Shown here: in pieces, positions 7,671 to 17,489 of the stretch
Position numbering within the stretch: position 1 is the stretch's first letter
Layout of the letters: each line of letters opens with the position of its first letter
IMG/VR virus record: IMGVR_UViG_3300044733_004146
Origin: an uncultured virus (IMG/VR IMGVR_UViG_3300044733_004146)
Taxonomy: Duplodnaviria; Heunggongvirae; Uroviricota; Caudoviricetes
Length of the DNA stretch: 64,000 nucleotides
Direction: 5' to 3' (one strand)
Translations under genes and position numbers: made by a program
Notes under the pieces: model-generated
What the model was told of the DNA's origin: nothing
The model's database searches: none
Seen by the model: the letters and a program-made list of their open reading frames with translations, nothing else

Positions 7671-9749
7671 ATGGATAACGAAATGGTTGATTTGGGGCAC
7701 GCTTCCGAAGGCGGACTGCGTGCTGACGGCCTGCAAAACGTGCTCATCGGCATGGGCACTAGTCGCGATAAGGGCCAGTACACCAAGACCACGGCTACAA
7801 TTTTCCTAGCGCAAGAGGAGCTGGAGAATTTATATGGTGAATGGTTGCCTCGTCGCATTGTTGACATTTATGCTGACCAAGCCACTCGGAAAGGCTTCAA
7901 GGTATTGTTTGGCGGAGATGGCGTTAGAGCCGAAGAAGTGCAAGGCATTGAGCAAGTAATTGAAGATTTATATATCCTGGAATATTTAAATTTGGCGGCA
8001 AAGAACTCTCGCCTTTATGGCGGGGCCTGTTTGCTGCTGTTTATTGATGATGGCCGTCCGGCCTATATGCCAGTGGATAAACGTAACATTCGTCGCATCG
8101 AAGAAATTGAATGTTTAGACCGTTGGCAAATTGCACCAGTCATCACTGAAGAAAATCTATACGACTATTCCAAGGCAACGTACTATCAAATTATTTCTGG
8201 CGATTTAATTAACGAGCCCACTTTGTCCTACATCCATAGAGATAGGATTTTGCGTTTTGATGGGGATTGGCTGCCCTACCGCATTAGGCAACGGAATTAT
8301 GGCTGGGGCATGAGCAGCCTTCAAACTGTTTATGACAGCTTCCGGCATTATTGGACGGGCTTGAATTCAGCGGCTACGTTGCTCACTGAGTTTGACATTT
8401 TTGTGCATAAAGTGAAGGGACTTGCGGCAATGCTGGCAGCCGGAAAGGAAGGTGCTGTCAGGGATAGGCTGCAAGTGAATGATATGAGCAAGAGCATCTA
8501 TCGCGGTTATGCGATTGATGCAGAAAAAGAAGAGCTTGAATTTATTAGTCGCAATTTTGGCGGCATTGGGGAAGTGTTGGAGAAGCTCCGCGTGGACATT
8601 ATTGGCGCCAGCAAAATTCCTCATACCGTGCTATTTGGCGAAAGCCCGAGCGGACTGGGTTCGACTGGCCGCAGTGAAGAGCGTGATTTTGCCAAGACAC
8701 TTGCTGATTATCAGAGCGTCCATTTCAAGCGACCTATTAAGAAGCTGATGGAATACATCATGCTGAGCAAAGAGGGGCCAACGAATGGAAAGCTGCCTGA
8801 ATCTTGGCGCATCTCCTTCAACCCATTGTTTGAGCTGAACGAACGGGAAATGGCGGACGTGCGGGCGCGTGTGGCGGCTGTGGATGGCCGCTACATCCAG
8901 CTTGGCGTATTGAGTCCGAAGGAAGTGGCGGACGCCCGTTACGGCGGTTCTGAGTGGAGCATGGAGCTTACGCTCGATCCAACTGTCATTCGCGAACTTC
9001 CTGCTCAAGGTGGGGGTGGTTCCACTCAAGGACGGGGTGGTTTTGCTGTACCGCCTGGTGGTCGCGATCCAATGAACGAAGAGAATGGCACGTTGCCGAT
9101 GGATGGCAGCCGGGAAGTGGAAGATTCGGCTGGTTTGTTCCTGCCCCGTGATCTTAAGAAAGTGCGTGGCGACGTGGAATTTACTGACAAGGAGCTGCAT
9201 TCTCGCGCTGTTAGCGCAGCCAAGGCGAAGTTCAAAGTATGGCCTTCAGCTTACGCCAGCGGCTATGTGGTGCAGCAATATAAGCAAATGTTTAAGAAGA
9301 AGCACGGTTCATTGAGCGGTGCTTTCAAAGGAGACGAAGGTGAAATTCATGCCGATGATCTTGAGCAATGGTTCAAAGAAGAGTGGGTGAGGATTGGCGC
9401 CAATGGCGAAATCATGGGGCCATGCGGCGGACGTGAAGAAAAAGAGGGCAAGCCAAAGTGCCTGCCTAAGGCCAAGGCTCAAGCCATGAGCAAAGAAGAG
9501 CGGCAAACCATTGTTGCTCGCAAGCGCAAAGCTGATCCTGATCCAGAGCGCCGTGGCCCGGCGAAGATGGTCAGCAGCAAAGTGGATGCTATTGACCCAT
9601 TAAAAACCAGCGGCCTAGTGCTGGGAGATGTGGACGAGGCTTCGTTGATTTCGGAAGAAGATATTGACGCCGCATTGAATCAATGGAAACAAGAAGCGCC
9701 GGAACGGTTTAAGGACATTCTGGAGGCCGAGGATGTCCAACCCTCTTAA
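7671..9749 (+). CDS. Portal protein (DUF1073 type) with a long C-terminal accessory extension
   Basis: LYGEWLPRRIVD, SRLYGG, IPHTVLFGESPSGL and FNPL motifs. Extension contains KFKVWPSAYASG and LEQWFKEEWV...PKCLP. Confidence 0.85.
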   Translation: MDNEMVDLGHASEGGLRADGLQNVLIGMGTSRDKGQYTKTTATIFLAQEELENLYGEWLPRRIVDIYADQATRKGFKVLFGGDGVRAEEVQGIEQVIEDLYILEYLNLAAKNSRLYGGACLLLFIDDGRPAYMPVDKRNIRRIEEIECLDRWQIAPVITEENLYDYSKATYYQIISGDLINEPTLSYIHRDRILRFDGDWLPYRIRQRNYGWGMSSLQTVYDSFRHYWTGLNSAATLLTEFDIFVHKVKGLAAMLAAGKEGAVRDRLQVNDMSKSIYRGYAIDAEKEELEFISRNFGGIGEVLEKLRVDIIGASKIPHTVLFGESPSGLGSTGRSEERDFAKTLADYQSVHFKRPIKKLMEYIMLSKEGPTNGKLPESWRISFNPLFELNEREMADVRARVAAVDGRYIQLGVLSPKEVADARYGGSEWSMELTLDPTVIRELPAQGGGGSTQGRGGFAVPPGGRDPMNEENGTLPMDGSREVEDSAGLFLPRDLKKVRGDVEFTDKELHSRAVSAAKAKFKVWPSAYASGYVVQQYKQMFKKKHGSLSGAFKGDEGEIHADDLEQWFKEEWVRIGANGEIMGPCGGREEKEGKPKCLPKAKAQAMSKEERQTIVARKRKADPDPERRGPAKMVSSKVDAIDPLKTSGLVLGDVDEASLISEEDIDAALNQWKQEAPERFKDILEAEDVQPS

Positions 9750-10413
9750 TCCGCTTTCGGAATTCTCCGCTTCCATTGTTCGCTTTGATGCCGAATGGAA
9801 CTACGACCCAATTAGCGGGCGTTATCGCGGAGCAAATGGACGTTTTCTTTCTCAAGCCGCTGTGGAGGCTTTAGTCGATGGTCGCATTTCTAATCTTGGT
9901 CGGCTCCTACGCCGTTATACAAATATGCTTGATCGTGGCGATATCACGCTGGATCAGTGGCAACAAAGCGTTAGGGAAGCGTTGAAGCTGGCCCACGCAC
10001 AGGCTGCAATGATTGGCAGTGGGGGTCGCAATAGCATGACACCAGTTGAATGGGGCCGCATCGGCCAGAGGCTTCGTGCTGAATACCGTTATTTGGAGGT
10101 TTTTGCTCGCGATCTTTTGGCTGGGGGCGTATCTACTCCCATGGCTCTTGCTCGTATTGGGATGTATGCCGAGAGCGTAAGGGGCTCCTATTGGGAAGGC
10201 ACATCCATGCGCCAGGAACGGCAAGGATATAGCCTGATGCGGCGCATCCTTGACAGCCAGGCCAAGCATTGCCAAGACTGCCTGGACTATGCAGCGCGAG
10301 GCGTTGTGCCAATTGGCAGTCTGCCTCTACCCGGACAGCGCTGTGCGTGCCGTTCCAATTGCAAATGTAAGGTAAAGTATCTGCGTCAGCAAGCGCCTGT
10401 CGTGGCGGTTTAG
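9733..10413 (+). CDS. Head morphogenesis / minor capsid protein (Mu gpF/SPP1 gp7-like)
   Basis: Follows the portal. C-terminal HCQDC...CRSNCKC. Confidence 0.7.
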   Translation: MSNPLNPLSEFSASIVRFDAEWNYDPISGRYRGANGRFLSQAAVEALVDGRISNLGRLLRRYTNMLDRGDITLDQWQQSVREALKLAHAQAAMIGSGGRNSMTPVEWGRIGQRLRAEYRYLEVFARDLLAGGVSTPMALARIGMYAESVRGSYWEGTSMRQERQGYSLMRRILDSQAKHCQDCLDYAARGVVPIGSLPLPGQRCACRSNCKCKVKYLRQQAPVVAV

Positions 10414-10415
10414 TC

Positions 10416-11111
10416 ATGGATGTGTTGATTGGAAGCACCGGCTTAATTGGCGGCATTCTTCAAGAACATCAGCAGTTCAATCATTCGTACAATTCCAGCA
10501 ATTTATATCGTGCTTCATTGTTAAACGGCACGATTGACAAGCTGTATTTGGCATGTCTTCCGGCGGAGAAATGGAAGGCCAATCAAGATCCGGCGAAAGA
10601 TTTTTTCAACATGCAAGAGATTGCAGCCGCCATCCGCCCCTGGGAAGTGAAGGAAATTATTCTTTATTCCACCATTGATATTTACAAGCATTCTTTTGGC
10701 AATTTAGATTACGGGCGCGTAAGGCGCATGTTTGAGCTATTAGTGAAAGCGATGTTTCCGAATAGCGTTGTAAAGATTATTCGTCTTCCCGCATTATTTC
10801 ATAAGCGCATTAAAAAGAACGTTTTGTTTGATTTATTGAACAATAATAATGTTGGTCAAATCAATGGCAATTCTGCCTACCAATGGTACGATTTAAACGA
10901 TTTATGGCAAGATACCCTGGCGATTGAAGGGGCCGGCATTTACGATTTATTTTCTGAGCCCATTGAAACGCAAGAAATTCTTGATCGTTTCTTTCCTGAA
11001 GCCAAAGTGAGTTATGGCTCCCGTATTGACTATCATTGCGGGAGTTATAAATACGGCAAAGAAAAAATGCTTGCAAAAATGGAGGCGTTTATCAATGCTT
11101 ATCGGAATTAG
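10416..11111 (+). CDS. NAD(P)-dependent epimerase/dehydratase-like protein
   Basis: LIGSTGLIGG Rossmann motif, STIDIY, YG, IRLPALF. Confidence 0.8.
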   Translation: MDVLIGSTGLIGGILQEHQQFNHSYNSSNLYRASLLNGTIDKLYLACLPAEKWKANQDPAKDFFNMQEIAAAIRPWEVKEIILYSTIDIYKHSFGNLDYGRVRRMFELLVKAMFPNSVVKIIRLPALFHKRIKKNVLFDLLNNNNVGQINGNSAYQWYDLNDLWQDTLAIEGAGIYDLFSEPIETQEILDRFFPEAKVSYGSRIDYHCGSYKYGKEKMLAKMEAFINAYRN

Positions 11112-11838
11112 TGCGATTGGCTGGGAGCCAGAACAGGAGGAGCAAATTTTAAGCGCCAATGCCGGGGCGTTTAATCTGCTGGAGATTGTTCCTCATCGAG
11201 TGTTTCAGCAACGTCTTGATTATGCAGACTTAGCAAAGAAATATAGGGAAGAATATGGTCTTTGGGCATATTCTGCTCAAGCTTTGTTTTTCGGCAGCAA
11301 TGTAGAAAGTTTTGAAAATACCGAGGCCACTCAAGAGCATTTATTGCGCGTTATTAGGTTAGGTTCTTTTATGGGAATCAAGCGCTTTGTTCTTGGCAGT
11401 CCCGGTCTCCGGCGTGGAAGTCCTGCCTGTTTAATGAACGTGCTTCGCCGCATGGACAAGATTCTGGAAGCCAATGATGCCATTCTGTGCATTGAACCAG
11501 TGGCACGGGCATTTGGCGGAAAATATTTTCACACTGTTGGTGAAATTGTCAATTTAATTGATTATTACAATTTGAAAAATGTCAAGACCATGCTCGATAC
11601 AAACAACGCATGGCTAGAGGGCGATAGCCCTAAAAAGATATTGGGACATTATCTTCCTTACATTGCTCACGTGCATATCAGCGACACTGATAATGGACCA
11701 CTATTAAATAAATATGAGCACGAGCAAATTAGAGAAATGCTGGGCATGCATGGTTACCAGCTTGGCATCATTCGCGAACTTTTTAAGGCTAAAAATTATC
11801 TTCGTGAATATCCACTGTTCAGGCAAATCTATGCCTGA
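11095..11838 (+). CDS. Sugar phosphate isomerase/epimerase (xylose isomerase-like TIM barrel)
   Basis: ISAIGW, LEIVP, VLGSP, CIEP, MLDT and HVHIS motifs. Confidence 0.8.
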   Translation: MLIGISAIGWEPEQEEQILSANAGAFNLLEIVPHRVFQQRLDYADLAKKYREEYGLWAYSAQALFFGSNVESFENTEATQEHLLRVIRLGSFMGIKRFVLGSPGLRRGSPACLMNVLRRMDKILEANDAILCIEPVARAFGGKYFHTVGEIVNLIDYYNLKNVKTMLDTNNAWLEGDSPKKILGHYLPYIAHVHISDTDNGPLLNKYEHEQIREMLGMHGYQLGIIRELFKAKNYLREYPLFRQIYA

Positions 11839-12803
11839 TTGATAATGGTTTGAATGTGGTTTTTGATGGCATAGATACCTTGAATTTTGCCAGTAAAAAT
11901 AGAAACGAAGTTATCACGCTGGCGATAAACGGGCATACGATTGGCACTTCTGTCTTTAATCTTGGCCTTGGTAGAGCACACTGGCGCCACGGGTCTTAGA
12001 TATAAATTAAAGTCCGGCCAATATTGCCTTGCATGATCCTCCATTTTTAAGCGATGGAGATTGTAGTCGTGATCGTCGTAATTGTCAACAGGACGAGCGC
12101 TTTGCGACAAAATCCCATGCTTTACGTGGCTCAAAGACATAAGCCCTTCGCCATAGGGATAGAGGGAGAATAATTCTCCGTCAATGTAAGTAAGTGCGCC
12201 AAAGGGAAGAGGCCGTTCAATGGTGTAGAGCATCATCATGACGCGCTCAAAAAAGCAATTCTCTTCTGGCTTCAAAAGAAAGTTGTTAGTGCAATCAAGC
12301 ACTAAATCATAGTCTTGTTGTAAAAGGGGAAGTTCATTGGCAACTATTTCTTCATGCACAACAAATGGCAAGAGAAGAGCTTGAAAATATTCTCCTGCCA
12401 ATACAGGGTTGATAAATTTTTCTGGCGTGGCAATGGCACAGGAAGTGTTGTCTAGCCACGGGGCGTAAACCACGCGATGCGGCCATTCATCAAAAATTGT
12501 CAAAATTGTTGTGTCGTCCAACAAGCTTTCGTCTTGCGAAACAGCGTACAAATTGTCCGTAATGTCTTCAACAAGATGACCGTAGTCTTTTAAGAACGCA
12601 TGGAAAGTAGTGCGGCACAATTGGCGCGTCCTTCCATTTCGTGCATAGTGATAGCCATAGTGCAAGCGATTCTGATTGATCAGCGATGCCTCGCTAATCA
12701 AATGATCATTGCGCTCGTAAATCGTAATGTTGTGTTCTTTGCTGAACTCTTTAGCTAGATGACAGCCCACCCAGCCGCCTCCGATGATGGCAATATTTTT
12801 CAT
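11829..12803 (-). CDS. FAD-dependent oxidoreductase
   Basis: IAIIGGGWVG dinucleotide fold, ASLINQNRLHYGYHY, GKI near the C-terminus. Confidence 0.85.
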   Translation of the reverse strand: MKNIAIIGGGWVGCHLAKEFSKEHNITIYERNDHLISEASLINQNRLHYGYHYARNGRTRQLCRTTFHAFLKDYGHLVEDITDNLYAVSQDESLLDDTTILTIFDEWPHRVVYAPWLDNTSCAIATPEKFINPVLAGEYFQALLLPFVVHEEIVANELPLLQQDYDLVLDCTNNFLLKPEENCFFERVMMMLYTIERPLPFGALTYIDGELFSLYPYGEGLMSLSHVKHGILSQSARPVDNYDDHDYNLHRLKMEDHARQYWPDFNLYLRPVAPVCSTKAKIKDRSANRMPVYRQRDNFVSIFTGKIQGIYAIKNHIQTIINQA

Positions 12804-13480
12804 CAGATGTCAAGACAGAGGACTGGCTGCACGCCTTGCCAATTGCTTTTGGCTTTATAGAGGTCTAACTGGGGAAAATATTCAATGCGACGGGCAAAAC
12901 CAGTGCCATATGCGTCTGAATGACCTTGGTAGTTCCATTCGTCGGGACCATGGCGATCAGGATGGTAAACGTGAGTGGGTGCGTCGTTTAATTTCCAGAG
13001 CATGTAGTCCTCATTTGGCACGCCCCATTGCTTCCACCTTTGCAGAGCTTCAGGCGAGCAGTCCGTGTTTCGGATGGCCATCAAGCGGTCCTTGTGGCGC
13101 AGGAGGTAGTCCATGCGATACAGGCCAATGCTCATTGATGGCGTGCCCTTGAGGGCCACTTTCTCTGGACTGTCTACTGGCAACGACAAGGCAAGTTCGT
13201 AAAACAAGGGGCCAGCGATGCAGGTGTCGTGCAGAAGGAACCAATAGTCGCTGTGGATGTTGCTATCGACAATTTCAATGAGAGGAGTGTATTCAAAAGA
13301 GTTTTGCGGCGTCAACAGCATTGGCACGCCTTCGTAGTCCGTGATTGTCAGGGAATCCTCCCATCCACCATTGACAATCAAAATATGCTCTTTGGCAATG
13401 CCGTTTTGGAGTAGGGAAGGTACGATCACCTGCAATGTATGCGCTGCAAACTTCTGACAAGTGCTAATGCAGAAGCGCAT
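12803..13480 (-). CDS. Putative GT-A fold glycosyltransferase
   Basis: ILIVNGG, SFEYT and YWFLLHDTC (DxD-like), located in the sugar cluster. Confidence 0.55.
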   Translation of the reverse strand: MRFCISTCQKFAAHTLQVIVPSLLQNGIAKEHILIVNGGWEDSLTITDYEGVPMLLTPQNSFEYTPLIEIVDSNIHSDYWFLLHDTCIAGPLFYELALSLPVDSPEKVALKGTPSMSIGLYRMDYLLRHKDRLMAIRNTDCSPEALQRWKQWGVPNEDYMLWKLNDAPTHVYHPDRHGPDEWNYQGHSDAYGTGFARRIEYFPQLDLYKAKSNWQGVQPVLCLDI

Positions 13481-13563
13481 TGAAGCTGGTGATAGTCGCA
13501 TGGTTCGTCTCCTGCGCCCATAGTATAAACGCGGCTTATGATGGCGAAGATTCTTGTTTTGTC

Positions 13564-14781
13564 ATGGCAAAAATTCTGTATTGCGGCGATGCTTTTGTGG
13601 AAACTGGCTTTGGCCGTGTGGCGGAAAACCTACTTCCCGCATTGGCCGAGGAGCATGAAGTGAGCGTGTTGGCCGTTAACTATCATGGCGATCCAGACAA
13701 AGAAGCTCGTAAATACGACACCTACCCGGCGATGCTGCATGGCTCCGATCCATTTGGCTCCCATCGCATTGGAGAGCTAGTGCAAAAGATTAAACCAGAT
13801 TTGGTGTGGGTGACAAATGATATTTGGATAGGCATCAGCTTATGGAAGGCTGTTAAGGCTTTTAAAGAAAGCATCGGCTTCAAATTCTTTGTGTATACGC
13901 CAATTGACAGCTACGGCTTGTTCCCCGAACTGTTAGAGCCTATTAACGAATGGGACGGCGTGGCCACTTATACGGAGTTTGGCGCCGAAGAGCTTCGCAA
14001 GATTGGCTATGAAAAACCAATTGGCATTATGGGGCATGGCACAGATTTCACCAAGTTTTTTCCCATGGACAAAGCCGAATGCCGAGAAAAACTGGGCGTT
14101 CCGCCAGATGTTTTCATTGTTTTCAATGGCAATAGAAACCAGCCCCGTAAGCGCATTGACTTAACCATTAAGGGCTTTATCAAATTTGCCAAGGACAAGC
14201 CTGATGCAAGACTATGGCTGAATATGGGCAGCAAAGATATGGGGTGGGATTTGATTCCGTTGTTTAAGCGCGTAGCGAGAGACGAAGGCTACGACCCAAC
14301 CGGCAAACTTATTTTGACGAGTCCAAGCTTTTCGACGGCCAATTGTCTTACTATTGAGCAGCTCAACATGGTCTATAACGCTTCAGACATTGGCATCAAC
14401 ACTTGCATTGGGGAAGGCTGGGGCTTGGTTAACACTGAACATGCGGCCACTGGCGTGGCTCAGTTGGTGCCAGATCATACGAGCTGCAAGGAAATCTTTA
14501 GTGGCGTGCCGCGCATTGCCATTGAAAGCTGGGAAGTGGACAGGAATTATGGCCTTGACCGTGGCCAGCCATCGCCAGATCATTTAGCCGAATTGCTCAC
14601 GATGTATTACGAAGATCGAGAGCAATTAAAGGCTGATGGCGAATGGTGCAAGCAGCGCATTGAAGAATTCACTTGGCCTGGTATTACGGAGCTGATGATG
14701 GCTCAAGTGGAAACAGTTTTGACCATGGAGTTAGAAGAGCCTGAATTCAAGGGCTTTGGTACTCCCGCAAAAATTGATTGA
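13564..14781 (+). CDS. GT-B (GT4-like) glycosyltransferase
   Basis: TGFGRV, NRNQPRKRID, YNASD and GEGWGLVNTEHAATG (E-x7-E). Confidence 0.9.
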   Translation: MAKILYCGDAFVETGFGRVAENLLPALAEEHEVSVLAVNYHGDPDKEARKYDTYPAMLHGSDPFGSHRIGELVQKIKPDLVWVTNDIWIGISLWKAVKAFKESIGFKFFVYTPIDSYGLFPELLEPINEWDGVATYTEFGAEELRKIGYEKPIGIMGHGTDFTKFFPMDKAECREKLGVPPDVFIVFNGNRNQPRKRIDLTIKGFIKFAKDKPDARLWLNMGSKDMGWDLIPLFKRVARDEGYDPTGKLILTSPSFSTANCLTIEQLNMVYNASDIGINTCIGEGWGLVNTEHAATGVAQLVPDHTSCKEIFSGVPRIAIESWEVDRNYGLDRGQPSPDHLAELLTMYYEDREQLKADGEWCKQRIEEFTWPGITELMMAQVETVLTMELEEPEFKGFGTPAKID

Positions 14782-15503
14782 TGGCCATGCAGATTTCTCA
14801 AATTTTTCTAACCACTAATCCAGAAGAAAAGCTTTCCCCTTTTCTTCAATATGCCACTAGCACTATTGATACAGTATTTCCTAAAGCCAATCACGTTATT
14901 TACAACAATGAGCAACTCCGTGATTTCATTGGTTCTGTTTATGGTGGGCACGTTTTATGGGCTTACGATTCGCTACGTCCTTTTTCGTATAAAGCTGATC
15001 TTGGGCGCTTCTGTCTCCTCAATCATTTTGGCGGCTGGTATTTCGATATTGCTATTCGCGCTGTTAATGCTGTGGACGTGGGAGATCGCATTAAATTTTT
15101 AGCCTTCCGCGACATCCAGCGATTTAGTTATACCAGTTGGGCTTGTGCCACTACTGTTTTGTATTCCCAGCCCAACAATGAGGCTTTGCAAACTGCCATT
15201 GAAATGATTGTGGCCAATTGCGTGGAACAATATTATGGCATCACGCCATTGTGCCCCACTGGCCCTACTCTCCTTGGCAAGGCATTGGCATGCAACGGAA
15301 GTCAGGCAGATTTTGTTTATGGAGACTATCTGGAGCTAACGCCCACGCATGAACAGAAGAACAGGGCGTTTGTGCTGCCTGATGGCACTATCATGGCGTG
15401 GAGCAAGCCAGCCGGAGGCGGCGACCTCACTGGACTGGGCGCCAAGAGCGTCAACAATTACAACGAACTATGGGCTGCGAGGCAAGTGTATGAAACCGTC
15501 TGA
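14781..15503 (+). CDS. GT32/OCH1-like DxD glycosyltransferase
   Basis: YKADLGRFCLLNHFGGWYFDI and TGPTLL motifs. Confidence 0.85.
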   Translation: MAMQISQIFLTTNPEEKLSPFLQYATSTIDTVFPKANHVIYNNEQLRDFIGSVYGGHVLWAYDSLRPFSYKADLGRFCLLNHFGGWYFDIAIRAVNAVDVGDRIKFLAFRDIQRFSYTSWACATTVLYSQPNNEALQTAIEMIVANCVEQYYGITPLCPTGPTLLGKALACNGSQADFVYGDYLELTPTHEQKNRAFVLPDGTIMAWSKPAGGGDLTGLGAKSVNNYNELWAARQVYETV

Positions 15504-16206
15504 TTACACCATCTATGCAGTGTGCATTCAAAACGAAAAGGTTCGTTATAAAGCGCAATCTCGCATTGTCCCAATTATGGGCGGGGCCTGCAACATTGTC
15601 GATGCAGAGCGCAGGGCTTTGCGGAAGCAAGGTTATATGTTTGACGACGAAGGAGCGTTTATTTCCTCTTTAAATAGGCGATGGGGAGAACTATCTTGTG
15701 TGCATTGGATGTTGCTAAATGCTGAAGAAGCAAACATTGGCAATGCCCAATATCGTCGGAATTGGATAGAGCCCAAGACTGGTTGGTACGCGGAGGATGT
15801 GCTTTACGTGCCAGAGCCGGCTGTGTTCACTTGCACCCTAGAGCAGCAGTTCTATGGTGGGCATTCAGAGTTTGATGCCCCTGCCATCACTCGCGAACTT
15901 GCTGATACTGGCGCCTGGGCATTTACGCGAGAAGAGATTGACAAATTATGGGCGCAAAATTTATTTATTGGTTGCAACATGGCTCGTGGGCCAAAGCAAC
16001 ATTACAAACAATTTATGACCACTTTATTCGTTTGTTTATTGCCTATTTGGGAAAAACATAAGGAACATTTTCTCTCCATTGAAGGCTATGACAAACGGGC
16101 TCTGGCCTTTATTGCCGAACGTTTACTGACTGGCCTGGTTTTATACCGTGACAAATTCTTTCCTGGCATGACTATTGAAACAGCGCCGATAGGATTTATT
16201 CATTGA
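15490..16206 (+). CDS. DUF4422-like glycosyltransferase
   Basis: DD..ISSLN..WGEL, IGNAQYRR, CNM and RALAFIAERL motifs. Confidence 0.75.
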   Translation: MKPSDYTIYAVCIQNEKVRYKAQSRIVPIMGGACNIVDAERRALRKQGYMFDDEGAFISSLNRRWGELSCVHWMLLNAEEANIGNAQYRRNWIEPKTGWYAEDVLYVPEPAVFTCTLEQQFYGGHSEFDAPAITRELADTGAWAFTREEIDKLWAQNLFIGCNMARGPKQHYKQFMTTLFVCLLPIWEKHKEHFLSIEGYDKRALAFIAERLLTGLVLYRDKFFPGMTIETAPIGFIH

Positions 16207-16232
16207 GTATGCTTAAAGAAAGCATTACGACC

Positions 16233-16496
16233 ATGACCAAGAAGGAAAAACAGGCCAAAGTGGCCAAGGTGATGCGTGAGTTTAAAGCTGGCACTTTAAA
16301 GGGCAGCGACAAAAAACCTGTAAAGAATCGTAAGCAGGCCATTGCAATTGCCCTTTCAGAAGCCGGCATGAGCCGTCAGGGCAAGAGCGATGAATATTGG
16401 GATAATTATTTTATGACCCTCATTGGAGAAGAAGAAGAGGAAGAGGGTATGGAAGAAGAAGAAATGGAGGATGCGTCCTGCGGAAAAAAGCGCTGA
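16233..16496 (+). CDS. Small basic/acidic protein (DUF6496-like); N-terminal half of a frameshift fusion
   Basis: KVAKVMREFKAGTL...RKQAIAIALSEAG with an acidic tail. Ends at A_AAA_AAG CGC TGA. Confidence 0.8.
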   Translation: MTKKEKQAKVAKVMREFKAGTLKGSDKKPVKNRKQAIAIALSEAGMSRQGKSDEYWDNYFMTLIGEEEEEEGMEEEEMEDASCGKKR

Positions 16497-16843
16497 GGGG
16501 TGACGCAGAAAGCTTCTCCCCTCCTGCTGGCGTTAGAAGCGCCGCCCGTCGCGGCCTAGAGCTTCGCAAGAAGCATGGAAAAGGCGGACTAACTACGCAA
16601 GAGGCCGGGAAGCAAGGCATTGGTAGCGGCGTGGCTCGCGCTAGTGATCTAGCTGGTGGTGGAGCCGTAAGCTTCGCCACAATTAAGCGTATGGCTGCTT
16701 TCTTTTCTCGTCACGAGAAAAACAAGAGCGGCGGAGAAAACGATGCTGGTTATATTGCTTGGCTGCTATGGGGCGGCGATGCCGGTAGGGCGTGGGCAAA
16801 TCGCATTATTAAGATGGTAGAAAGTCGTCAAAAAGACCAATGA
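16484..16843 (+). CDS. -1 frameshift extension (PPAGVRSAARRGLE...AWLLWGGDAG domain)
   Basis: Frame is open from 16406 with no start codon before GTG 16631, yet reads as protein from 16493. Reached through the slippery heptamer at 16484-16490. Confidence 0.75.
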   Translation, partial: KKALRGDAESFSPPAGVRSAARRGLELRKKHGKGGLTTQEAGKQGIGSGVARASDLAGGGAVSFATIKRMAAFFSRHEKNKSGGENDAGYIAWLLWGGDAGRAWANRIIKMVESRQKDQ

Positions 16844-17148
16844 GCGAATATGTGCGCGTCATCGAAGAAGAAGACGAAGGCATTGGTCTTTTGAAGGCGC
16901 TAGCCATTCTTTCCGCAAACGAACACCGCAATACTTCCCAGTGGGAACTCGTTGAAAAGCAATGCTTTAAGAATGGTCGCTTAGATGAAACTCACATCTA
17001 TGTGATGAGTGTTTACGAAAAGCCCGACCCTCATTTTGACCCCACCAAGTTTCTCACGTTTGAAATTGAGGCGATGGCTAAAGCTTATATCATGGAAGGC
17101 ATTGAAAGTCAACTTAGCGAGCTTCGCGGAGATGACGACGAAGATTAA
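16840..17148 (+). CDS. Hypothetical acidic protein
   Basis: ATGA overlap with the upstream stop. Ends LRGDDDED. Confidence 0.7.
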   Translation: MSEYVRVIEEEDEGIGLLKALAILSANEHRNTSQWELVEKQCFKNGRLDETHIYVMSVYEKPDPHFDPTKFLTFEIEAMAKAYIMEGIESQLSELRGDDDED

Positions 17149-17426
17149 TGTCGCGTGTGCGCGATGAACGATGGGTAGCCCATTAACCACAGCACGCTAA
17201 TTCCATAGAGACCGCTAAGAGTGCGAATTTGCACGCAATCTGGCGGGACTGTGGCGCGTTCAATGCGTGAATAAGAGCTTTGGCTGATATGGAGAATTTC
17301 AGCCACATCCTTTTGTGAAAGGCCGCTATTTAAGCGAGCGTCCTTGACACGCTGAGCAATGAGCAATCGCGCCTGCTGGTGCGGCATTTTAAGCACATCG
17401 GCGTTGCTCTTTGCCAGGAACATCAT
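17145..17426 (-). CDS. XRE-family HTH transcriptional regulator, divergent from the head operon
   Basis: RVKDARLNSGLSQKDVAEILHISQSSYSRIE. The true start is far downstream of the ORF-track start. Confidence 0.85.
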   Translation of the reverse strand: MMFLAKSNADVLKMPHQQARLLIAQRVKDARLNSGLSQKDVAEILHISQSSYSRIERATVPPDCVQIRTLSGLYGISVLWLMGYPSFIAHTRH

Positions 17427-17489
17427 AACGCTAGTCGAAATTGAATAAGCTTTTTTATTGTAATAACAATTTTTTGGTAAAGTATAAGC

